From NCBI GenBank assembly GCA_029838215.1, contig JALGVI010000025.1, positions 1-35,744 of the forward strand: 35,744 nt of DNA. Reading direction: 5' to 3'. Below are positions 26,157 to 34,745 of this stretch, piece by piece (position 1 is the stretch's first letter; each line of letters opens with the position of its first letter). A program made the translations under genes and the position numbers. Under the pieces are notes generated by a model that saw only the letters and a list, made by a program, of their open reading frames with translations, had not been told where the DNA came from and searched no databases. This stretch comes from Candidatus Helarchaeota archaeon (GTDB lineage Archaea; Asgardarchaeota; Lokiarchaeia; Helarchaeales; RDOG01).

Positions 26157-26648
26157 ATGGAAGAAACCTTAGAATTTTCTGTTGTATCAGAACTTGGTCC
26201 GAGAATGAAAAATATTAATGTAAAAGCGAAATGTGAGAGCATCAATGAGGTTCGAGAGGTCACGTCCCGTGGTGATGGAAGCACTCACCGCGTAACTGAA
26301 GCGGTCATTGGGGATGAAACCGGATCGATTTTACTTACGATTTGGGATGACACGATCGATCGTATTACGATTGGAAATTCATACGTCGTTAAAAATAGTT
26401 ACACGTCTCTCTTTCGAGGATCTTTACGGTTAAATCTCGGTCGTTATGGCGAACTTGAAGATTCAGATGAAGAAATCGAAACAGTCAATACCGAGAATAA
26501 TTTATCTGATAAAGTATATGAAAGTCCACGTAGATTTCAAAGAGGACCGAGACCTGGAGGCAGTTATGGTCGAGATCGACGAGATAGAGGACCTCCAAGA
26601 TACCAACGGAGAAATCCCCGTGGAAGAAGCAGAGGTAGTAGATACTAA
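26157..26648 (+). CDS. ssb: Single-OB-fold single-stranded DNA-binding protein with an Arg/Gly-rich tail
   Basis: VTEAVIGDETGSILLTIWD, YTSLFRGSLRLNLGRYG; low-complexity R/G/P tail. Confidence 0.9.
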   Translation: MEETLEFSVVSELGPRMKNINVKAKCESINEVREVTSRGDGSTHRVTEAVIGDETGSILLTIWDDTIDRITIGNSYVVKNSYTSLFRGSLRLNLGRYGELEDSDEEIETVNTENNLSDKVYESPRRFQRGPRPGGSYGRDRRDRGPPRYQRRNPRGRSRGSRY

Positions 26649-26721
26649 AATATCCATTATTCTAATAAAAAACTTCAATTTTTCTTCTTTTATTCTTAAA
26701 AGATAAAAAGAAAAGTATTTT

Positions 26722-27606
26722 TTAGGCAATTTTTGCCAATAGTGGGTTCAGTTTCACCCTATGGAACTTCACACCCAATTCTTTAGGTTTTTCACCAAAT
26801 GCAAGTGCTAAATACTCGGCAAAATATAAAACAGGTATCTTGTAATCAGCACCTTCGAATTGCTTGTTGACTTTTGATTGACCCATTTCAAATTGGGAAT
26901 AACAAGCGGGACAAATGACAACGAGTGCATCGGCATTCATGCGTTTTATTTGTTTAAGTTTTGATTCAAGCATGCTCAACTGTGCACTTTCAACTATCCC
27001 AGAAATTGCAGAACCACAACACTGATATTTCTTGAGATATTCAATGCTTTTAGCACCTGTTGCGGTTATGACCTTATCAAGAGACGTGGGTCTTATGGGA
27101 TCATCAAAGTTCAAGATATAACTAGGGCGACCATAATGACAACCATAAAAAGTTGCAATCCTGAGACCCGACATGTCTTTTGAAGAAGCTTCCGTGATTT
27201 TTTCCATTCCGATGTCTTCATGCAAGAGTTCCAAGAGATGTTTGACTTCTATCGTGCCCTTATATTCCTTGCCAACTTTTGAAAGAATCTCATTGACTTC
27301 TTCAAGTTTCTGTCCATCGTGCCGTAATTCGTGCCAAGCCGTCTTGAGCGTTTCAAAGCATCCATTGCACATTGTGAGAATGTCCATCTCTTTTTCTTCA
27401 GCAATGCACAGATTGTAGGCTGCAGAAGCAAGCCACGTGCTCTCCCGAATATTATGCATTCCCACGGGATCCGGACAACATCCGAAATCAGGAACGTCCT
27501 TGTATTTTATATCTAATTTATCCATCACTTTTCGACCGGCAATTTCAACATAGGGGAAACGATTTGCAATCAAACAGCCGACAAATAAGGCATATTCATC
27601 GCTCAT
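26722..27606 (-). CDS. hdrB: Heterodisulfide reductase subunit B (copy 2)
   Basis: FVGC, GCCPDP, MCNGC, FYGCH, CCGS, CPAC; all 10 CCG-domain Cys present. Confidence 0.95.
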   Translation of the reverse strand: MSDEYALFVGCLIANRFPYVEIAGRKVMDKLDIKYKDVPDFGCCPDPVGMHNIRESTWLASAAYNLCIAEEKEMDILTMCNGCFETLKTAWHELRHDGQKLEEVNEILSKVGKEYKGTIEVKHLLELLHEDIGMEKITEASSKDMSGLRIATFYGCHYGRPSYILNFDDPIRPTSLDKVITATGAKSIEYLKKYQCCGSAISGIVESAQLSMLESKLKQIKRMNADALVVICPACYSQFEMGQSKVNKQFEGADYKIPVLYFAEYLALAFGEKPKELGVKFHRVKLNPLLAKIA

Positions 27607-28124
27607 TCATTTGCAACCTCCTGACTTGCAGGCTCTTCTTTTTTCTTAATATATTCGACAAATCCCGTTAATTCGCAGATTTTCTTGAAGTCTTCTACGT
27701 TTGGACGCGTGATGTTTTCATCCAGCCCCAGCTGCTTCCGACGCCGAGCAATGGCAGGACTGCTGGGAATATTAAGAGCATTATTGTAAAAGCCTTCACC
27801 TTCAGCACGAAATACCTCAGGCAAATGGCCACGTTCGACAGATAAATTGCGTAATTCAAACATGATTTCGGATACTAAAACAGATTGGGGACAAACTTCT
27901 AAACAGGAATGGCACGTCGTGCAGTTCCATAATACGGGGTCATCTAGTATTTTTTCCTTGAATCCTAAAAGAGCATTTTCAACAATCTTTCGTGGATTGA
28001 AAGTGCGGGTGAATCGCGCCGCAGGACAAATTCCCGTGCACGTGCCACATTGATAACAGTAATTGATAGTCTTCCCAATTTCCGACTCGCTTAATTCCTT
28101 TCGAAATACGCTAGAAATCGTCAT
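27603..28124 (-). CDS. hdrC: Heterodisulfide reductase subunit C (copy 2)
   Basis: CYQCGTCTGICP and LWNCTTCHSCLEVCPQ; ATGA overlap with hdrB copy 2. Confidence 0.95.
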   Translation of the reverse strand: MTISSVFRKELSESEIGKTINYCYQCGTCTGICPAARFTRTFNPRKIVENALLGFKEKILDDPVLWNCTTCHSCLEVCPQSVLVSEIMFELRNLSVERGHLPEVFRAEGEGFYNNALNIPSSPAIARRRKQLGLDENITRPNVEDFKKICELTGFVEYIKKKEEPASQEVANE

Positions 28125-28258
28125 GGTTTTCCATCCAAATTGTCAATAACAAATAATAATTTTAATTACTCAAAATTCTTTTTAATAGTTTCTGATTTTG
28201 CTTGCCATGCTCCAATATTTACTATCGAATAAGCACGAAAAAAGAAGAAATGAGAAGA

Positions 28259-31200
28259 TCATTTTTTCTTAGCCTTGCGAAGATAAGAGTTGGCTTGCTC
28301 CGAGAACCTCTTGACTTTTTCAGTATATCCTAACCGAGAAGCAACCCGAGCTGCCTTTTTGTACAACTGTCCAGCCTTGGTATAATTGTTTTTTCTTACT
28401 TCGAATCGAGCATCACCTAAAAGATCGGATAATTGAATTTCCAAGTTCTTACGTTCTAGTTTACTGAGAGGTTTTGTTTCTACAGGGACTTTTTTCTTTG
28501 GCTTCGGTTTCTTTACGGTTTTGATGCTCTTAAGTGCTTTTTTCTTTTCTTTTTCAATGCGTTCTTCAATTAACTTCTGCTCTCTTAATTCTTCTTCCTT
28601 TCGCTGTTCGGATAATTGCTTGATGATTGATTTAACCTTGCTCGCGGGAATTGCGGGTTTTTCCTTCCTGCGAAACTGATATATCATGATAGCACCCGCA
28701 ACAAGGATAATGATGACTCCAAAAATCAGAAATATTTCCCACGGGATATATGGAGGGGGAATTACGGGAGGTCGTGGCGTGACAGTGAGTTGGAAGACAA
28801 AACTCATAGTTTCATCATCAGAGTCAACGAGAACGATTCGAAGAGTCCATTGTCTTGTATTGTAAGATAAATCAGCAAGATCATCTTCGTCAAATTCATA
28901 ATAAATAATAGATGAATTTCCAGTGACCGATGTATTAACTAATTCTTCAAGACCACCATCATTGTCATCAATTTGAATGGAAAATTCTTTTAAGCCTTCA
29001 AGGTCAGAAAAGTTAAGTTGCATTGTCAATGTCATACCCTCATAAAAATCATAATTAGGAGGATAAATCTGGAGTAATGAAATAATTGGGGCATTATTTA
29101 CTACCGTGAAATTATAGGATGTCGTTGTTTCATTAATTCCACCTTCTTCATCTTCAACAGTCACGTAAAATGTCCAGTTTCCAGTTTCATACGTGGTCAG
29201 GGGTGTCCAATCCAGATACCAAGAATTAGAACTCGCGTTGAAATCCATAGAAATGTTATACCATTGGCTATTCTTGTAGCAATAAAGGCTTGCATTTACC
29301 GTGAGATTCGCTCCTCTACTAAATACGTCAATATCACTGGCATTTGCAAGAAAGGTGATATTTTGAGTCCGATACACGCTAGAAGCAGGTTGATAAATTT
29401 CAACGATGTTTGGGACGTGATTCACCACGGTAATGATGGAAGTAGTATTAAAAGTAAGGGCGTCATTCTCACGATCTCTCAAGTAGAGGAATACAAGCCA
29501 AGATCCGGCACGATCAAGAGATGTAAATACATATGAAAATGTCCAGTTAGACGTGTTATACTTTGCACCCCCAACGTCATTCACGAATTTCATTGTTCGA
29601 TTTAACCAGATATCATGTTCGATGTTTAATAATTGAATTTCGGCGTAAACCCCTGTCTTATTATAATTCAATACTTGAATCTGAATGAAATCTACGTATC
29701 CATTAGTTGTAAGGTTAGTCGTATTCAATTGGAAGAAAATCTCAATCCTGTTGTTTTGGACGTTGTTAATTATATCAGTAATTTCGCTACCCGTAAAATT
29801 AACCGTTGTCGTAACGTCAGACGTGCTGTTAAATACAGTTCCATTGATGAGATCGGGCTGATTGGTTGTCCAATTCATGATTTTCCAACCTGCGAAAGTT
29901 ACGTTTGTGGTCTGGCTAATTTTTGCTTGCACGGTCACTTCAATCCCACCAATGCCACTTCGATCGAATCCGTAATTAGTAAGGTTAATGTAATATGGAA
30001 TGGATACAAAACCGCTCGAATCATTTTCAGCATAATGATAAACAGAATCATCGGTGAAAGTGTTTTCATGACGTCCGTAGAAGATGCCAGCCGAGGTCTC
30101 AAGAATAGAGGCGTTTCCATCTATTTGTAAAGAAGTATTAACATCACTTGCAATAAAATCGTCAATATCTTTCAAGGTAGTATTTAATGAAAAAGTCTCG
30201 TTCACGCGATAAACGGTAGTGTTTTCAATCTCGAATGATTCAACTTCTGGAGCCCAATTATCCACATATACATAACCGATATATTTAGCACCGTGGAGAG
30301 CTGTTGAGATGGCAGATTCTCCATATTCATCATAGCTCTGAACCTCAACATAAATGTCATATCGCCCAACGGGGTCGTATTCGGTAAAATTGTAAGAACA
30401 GTTCCACCAACTTTGACTTTTATACCAGTAAGTATTGTAAGGTGAAGAATAGTCTTCGATGTCCATTAACATATCCATTGATTTGTTTATCCAATGGTCC
30501 ATTGTAGCTGATTTCAAACATAAAGTCGCATTAAATTCGTAGTCGTCATTATCACGATATCGATCGTCATCAAGATCAGCAATCACTGCAGTAACATTTA
30601 GTGTTTCATTTATTCGTCGAATGTGCTGATTCTCAGGATTTGTAACTTGAGTATAATTTGTTGCATTATATCGAATATGAATTGCGGTATCAGGATAACT
30701 CCCTCCAGTTTTGACTTCAGGTCTGGCGGATATTAACGTAACATTATGTGAAAATGCTTGTAGGTCATCATAATTTCCTAAACTCTCAACAAATAACCAA
30801 TCATAACGAACTGGACCGAGTTTTGCACCGTCTTCAGTATGAAAACCGGGACCTAGAGTATCAACAGGAGCTTTTATCACGATATTGTATTCTCGACCGC
30901 TAAAATTCTCGGGCAAAAAATCATCCGAAATAGAAGTGTCAGTATAATTATGAATAAAGGTCTGGAATATATATCGGGTACTCGGTTGGAAAACCGTTCC
31001 ATTAATATAAATTCTAAATTTGGTATAAGGATCATTATTCGGATCAATGTAATCATCGATATCCGTAACATTAGCCCAAACTTCAGATCCTGGAGTTGCT
31101 ATGTGATAGTTTTTTCGTCGTAGGTAAGAAAATACGTCATGAAGTAATACTTTATAGTTCCCTGGGATGTACAATTCTTCACCCGCGCTCGGGATTCTCT

Positions 31201-34200
31201 GCTCGGGATCCCCAAACAAGACGAATTGATGATAGTCCTCACTATTATCGGGAAATCCACTTTCCTCTTGGATGTCATTTCTCCAATTTTGTGAATATAC
31301 CCGGGAAGTGGAATTTAATCCTAAGGCAAGACTCATTCCGATAGTATTATTATTTTGGATGGCTTGCTGTAGAAAAATGGAAAATACTTGTTCGGAATAA
31401 CCCAGCATGTTTTCACGATAATTTGCAATGAGTGAAGATGTCCCAAGACTCATGAACGTACTGGGCAAGGTTGTTGCAGCTAAATAATCGTCATTTAACA
31501 GAATGATGCTTACATTTATCCCTTCTGGCGGTGAATCGGAAATGAACTCACTTTCATTTTTAAAGAAACCATTTGAATTATTTACAGGATTGATTAGGAG
31601 TGGATCGTCGGCAGATTTTCCGTCATCAAATCCTCTCCAATAATCAATAGCACCTTCAAGAAAATTCATGGCACCCATTTCGCCATCATTACCATTCGAT
31701 TTCACACCATATCCACAATGATACCATAGAGCAGGTCCCACGCTAAAGTTGTCTAAAATATTATTATAACCAGTCGTATTCCAAACATCATAATTTGCAG
31801 TTGATAAGATCTCCGGAATTTCAGAAGAATAATTATGTTGGCTATTGTCAAATGTCAAGTTATGCCAATAGGATACGGAAGAGAAAAGTGCTCTTTGACG
31901 GGCAAACGGACCTTTATCATAGCTTATGTTGAATTGCACGAAGTCTATACTGGCATTAATATAATCGGTCGAATTAGATGCATTAAAATAAAAATCAATT
32001 TTTATTTGATTTGTCAAATTCCCAACGTAATCAGTAATGTTATAATTTTGAAGCAAGATCACTTCATATTGTTGATCAGAAGTTGAATTAAATATGGAAT
32101 CATTAATGACATCATAGTCATTATTCGTCCAATTCCAAAGTCTAACGCCAGCAAATGTCACGTTTTCAGTTAGATTTGTTTTGGCTTTTAAATGAACCCA
32201 GATCTGGGTTATGTTGTCCTTATTGATGTTGAGATCTCGCGTTCCATTATCAAGGTCAATATAGAAAGGAACGTCTATGTACCCATTCGAGTCATTCAAC
32301 CAAGAATAATAACTCCCATCGTTTTCGTATGTATTCTCGATCGTGCCTTCAATTGGCACTCCTTGACTTGTCTGAATTCCTGCGGCGTGTTCACCAGTCA
32401 AATTCGTGGGAAAATAGATTTCTTTATAATCGGGTGATAATTCACGATAGATAAAAAGAGGAGCAAAGATACTTCGTTGAATTTCTATTGAGTTATTTAC
32501 ACCAGTTTCACCCGGAAATCGACCCACGATGAATTTATCCAGCCCTATTATTGCACGGTCAAGCGTCAGGCGGAGATCAGTCGTGGGAGATACGATGATC
32601 ACGGTTCGATTCTTTACATCAGGGTTTGCCTTATCAAGATTACTCATCCAAGATTCGAAAGTGGTCGACAGATTGACCATGTCTTCATATAAAGGAGCCG
32701 GACCCGAGAAGGGATATTGAAAGTACGTTGTATTAAGCAATTGATAATTCTGATATGCTTGTTGATACACGGTATTTGATTCATTGACACAAGGTAATAC
32801 TACACCACCATGATATGCAGCCAAGAATGCAGCAGGAGCGAAATGACCATCCTCCAAGGATGATAGAATAACATCATGTTCACTGCTGAGATTATAGATG
32901 AATTCAATTATCGATGTCATGTTTTCTAATGCTGTTATTGTAGTAAGGTTCCAAGATTCTAATGATTGAGTGAAAATAGTCTGATTGATGGTGTTTCCGG
33001 GTTCTACGAATATTGCTTCATCGGGTTGCAATTTCTCAATCACTTGTTGGACCATTTCGGAAGGAATGGAAGAATCATTCACGTATAAAATTGGAACGTG
33101 TAACAAGGATGCTATCACCGCTGCATTCGACGCAGAAAGTGCAACATCTTCTTTTATGGATGAGAGATTTGTTTTAGTTACCGTGATGTTGTAAGAAAAA
33201 CTGTTCGTTTCCAGTTCTTTTGACGTGATATATAAATTCCATTGCCCCTTTAAAGGATGTTCAACACTAATGCTTCCACCATCATTCGAACGTTCTACTA
33301 ACTGTCCATTTGGATCCAATAACCAAACCTGACAGCGGCTATCGTTAACACTAAATTGTAATCTAATATTTGAATTGTCAATGTTAAATTGATGCGAAGC
33401 ACCGCTTGAATTGAAAAAAGTCAGATTATAATATTCAATTCCAGAAAATGCCGTTTTATTATAGACCTTTAACAGCCAATCGGAGCTATTGGCAGGATGC
33501 GTCACGTTGGGAAAGAACACGTAATCATTTGATGTAAAATTATTTGTATCAAACACCCATTGCGAAGCAACGGTCTGTGAGCCATTTCCAATAAGTTCTA
33601 AGCCAAATAAATCATTTTGCGTGTTATTTATTCGCATGAACAAGAATTCCCCTTGAATTGTCATGTTACTGGAGTTATATTGCTGCAAAGTAGACCCCGA
33701 ACTGTCAAGGCTTCCAAGGATATTCTGTGTTTCAAAAGGATTAACAGTTCCCGAAAATGATAACGTTTCATTTGCGCCATCACTAAGACTTTCATTACCA
33801 AATGCGACAATTATTTTTGAATTATTGAACCAAAAATAATCTGCAATTGATGCTGACAGGTCGAAAATGTTTTCAACAGAAAAATTCAAGGGAGCAAGTT
33901 CATCACCTGCGATATAAGAATAATTAAGGGCAGGTTCAATTTCATTTCGAACATTATTTGGAACATCACCAACATACAGGATTCGTTTCAAACCACCATC
34001 TCTAATTGTGGCGGAACCCCTCCGATCTTCCATGAAATAATTGTTATAACGTCTCCAGTCATCAAGTAATAGGCGTGTACTCTCATCTAAACAATCATAT
34101 ATAATTGGAGAAATCTTAAAAATTCCAGAATCGTTAAAAATCGCATTAGGAAGAATGCTCAGGTAAGCCAATTCATCAAAAAAACTCGAATCATTTTGAT

Positions 34201-34471
34201 GCACAACCGTTAAAATTTGTAATGGAGCAAAATCAGGATTAAATGCTTGCTGGATAATGTCCTTGTCATAAAAAGATGAAGGAGGATCAGATAATCCAGT
34301 TATTGGAACGGCAGTCGGTTCATTTACAGGGGAAAAATTGCCCGACATGAATGAATTACTTGCCATCATACTAAAAATCATTTGAGAAGCAAGTGGGATT
34401 AATATTGAACTTAATAAAATTAGGGCTGTGAATGATATACCGTAAAACCTGCAATTTTTCATGATTCTCAT
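28259..34471 (-). CDS. Giant (2070 aa) single-pass surface glycoprotein: CWB2-like repeats, PPC-like domain, C25/gingipain-like fold, Ig-like domains, TM helix, cytoplasmic Lys-rich and helical domain
   Basis: N-terminal hydrophobic signal, very dense NxS/T sequons, AVIASLLHVPILYV (CWB2-like), WLLDPNGQLV...PLKGQWNLYI (PPC-like), VLFGDP, Pro-rich linker, TM IFLIFGVIIILVAGAIMIY, RRKEK. Confidence 0.85.
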   Translation of the reverse strand: MRIMKNCRFYGISFTALILLSSILIPLASQMIFSMMASNSFMSGNFSPVNEPTAVPITGLSDPPSSFYDKDIIQQAFNPDFAPLQILTVVHQNDSSFFDELAYLSILPNAIFNDSGIFKISPIIYDCLDESTRLLLDDWRRYNNYFMEDRRGSATIRDGGLKRILYVGDVPNNVRNEIEPALNYSYIAGDELAPLNFSVENIFDLSASIADYFWFNNSKIIVAFGNESLSDGANETLSFSGTVNPFETQNILGSLDSSGSTLQQYNSSNMTIQGEFLFMRINNTQNDLFGLELIGNGSQTVASQWVFDTNNFTSNDYVFFPNVTHPANSSDWLLKVYNKTAFSGIEYYNLTFFNSSGASHQFNIDNSNIRLQFSVNDSRCQVWLLDPNGQLVERSNDGGSISVEHPLKGQWNLYITSKELETNSFSYNITVTKTNLSSIKEDVALSASNAAVIASLLHVPILYVNDSSIPSEMVQQVIEKLQPDEAIFVEPGNTINQTIFTQSLESWNLTTITALENMTSIIEFIYNLSSEHDVILSSLEDGHFAPAAFLAAYHGGVVLPCVNESNTVYQQAYQNYQLLNTTYFQYPFSGPAPLYEDMVNLSTTFESWMSNLDKANPDVKNRTVIIVSPTTDLRLTLDRAIIGLDKFIVGRFPGETGVNNSIEIQRSIFAPLFIYRELSPDYKEIYFPTNLTGEHAAGIQTSQGVPIEGTIENTYENDGSYYSWLNDSNGYIDVPFYIDLDNGTRDLNINKDNITQIWVHLKAKTNLTENVTFAGVRLWNWTNNDYDVINDSIFNSTSDQQYEVILLQNYNITDYVGNLTNQIKIDFYFNASNSTDYINASIDFVQFNISYDKGPFARQRALFSSVSYWHNLTFDNSQHNYSSEIPEILSTANYDVWNTTGYNNILDNFSVGPALWYHCGYGVKSNGNDGEMGAMNFLEGAIDYWRGFDDGKSADDPLLINPVNNSNGFFKNESEFISDSPPEGINVSIILLNDDYLAATTLPSTFMSLGTSSLIANYRENMLGYSEQVFSIFLQQAIQNNNTIGMSLALGLNSTSRVYSQNWRNDIQEESGFPDNSEDYHQFVLFGDPEQRIPSAGEELYIPGNYKVLLHDVFSYLRRKNYHIATPGSEVWANVTDIDDYIDPNNDPYTKFRIYINGTVFQPSTRYIFQTFIHNYTDTSISDDFLPENFSGREYNIVIKAPVDTLGPGFHTEDGAKLGPVRYDWLFVESLGNYDDLQAFSHNVTLISARPEVKTGGSYPDTAIHIRYNATNYTQVTNPENQHIRRINETLNVTAVIADLDDDRYRDNDDYEFNATLCLKSATMDHWINKSMDMLMDIEDYSSPYNTYWYKSQSWWNCSYNFTEYDPVGRYDIYVEVQSYDEYGESAISTALHGAKYIGYVYVDNWAPEVESFEIENTTVYRVNETFSLNTTLKDIDDFIASDVNTSLQIDGNASILETSAGIFYGRHENTFTDDSVYHYAENDSSGFVSIPYYINLTNYGFDRSGIGGIEVTVQAKISQTTNVTFAGWKIMNWTTNQPDLINGTVFNSTSDVTTTVNFTGSEITDIINNVQNNRIEIFFQLNTTNLTTNGYVDFIQIQVLNYNKTGVYAEIQLLNIEHDIWLNRTMKFVNDVGGAKYNTSNWTFSYVFTSLDRAGSWLVFLYLRDRENDALTFNTTSIITVVNHVPNIVEIYQPASSVYRTQNITFLANASDIDVFSRGANLTVNASLYCYKNSQWYNISMDFNASSNSWYLDWTPLTTYETGNWTFYVTVEDEEGGINETTTSYNFTVVNNAPIISLLQIYPPNYDFYEGMTLTMQLNFSDLEGLKEFSIQIDDNDGGLEELVNTSVTGNSSIIYYEFDEDDLADLSYNTRQWTLRIVLVDSDDETMSFVFQLTVTPRPPVIPPPYIPWEIFLIFGVIIILVAGAIMIYQFRRKEKPAIPASKVKSIIKQLSEQRKEEELREQKLIEERIEKEKKKALKSIKTVKKPKPKKKVPVETKPLSKLERKNLEIQLSDLLGDARFEVRKNNYTKAGQLYKKAARVASRLGYTEKVKRFSEQANSYLRKAKKK
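29660..30075 (-). repeat. Internal protein-level repeat, copy 2 (about 140-aa beta domain)
   Basis: ENTFTDDSVY...NDSSGFVSIPYYINL...NVTFAGWKIMNWT...FNSTSD...YVDFIQ aligns by eye with copy 1. Confidence 0.75.
31920..32340 (-). repeat. Internal protein-level repeat, copy 1 (about 140-aa beta domain)
   Basis: ENTYENDGSY...NDSNGYIDVPFYIDL...NVTFAGVRLWNWT...FNSTSD...SIDFVQ. Confidence 0.75.
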
Positions 34472-34745
34472 CCAATATTTTTTATTTAATCTTCTTTAAG
34501 CTTGTGATACGATCCTTTACTAATGAGTGCTGAAACCATTATAAATGAAAGTATCACGTGCCTGTTTTATCCATATATTTTTCAAACAGGTCCAAAAACC
34601 TGACATTAAACCTTAAACTGGTGAAGAAATTCGAAATTCTATATAAAAAAGTTGTAGTTAACTGCCAGAAAAATAAAAGAAACACAAATCAGGTCTGAAA
34701 TTCAGATTTAGAAAAAAAAAAGAAAAGATTGATTTTTTTGGGTTT

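Noticed and set aside
26446-26729. Overlapping ORFs 26446..26706 and 26502..26729
   Set aside because: They are alternate-frame products of the low-complexity ssb tail and an A/T-rich terminator region.
22078-28124. Inferring methanogenesis from the hdr/mvhD genes
   Set aside because: There are no mcr, mtr or CoM/CoB genes in the window, and Hdr is widespread in non-methanogens.
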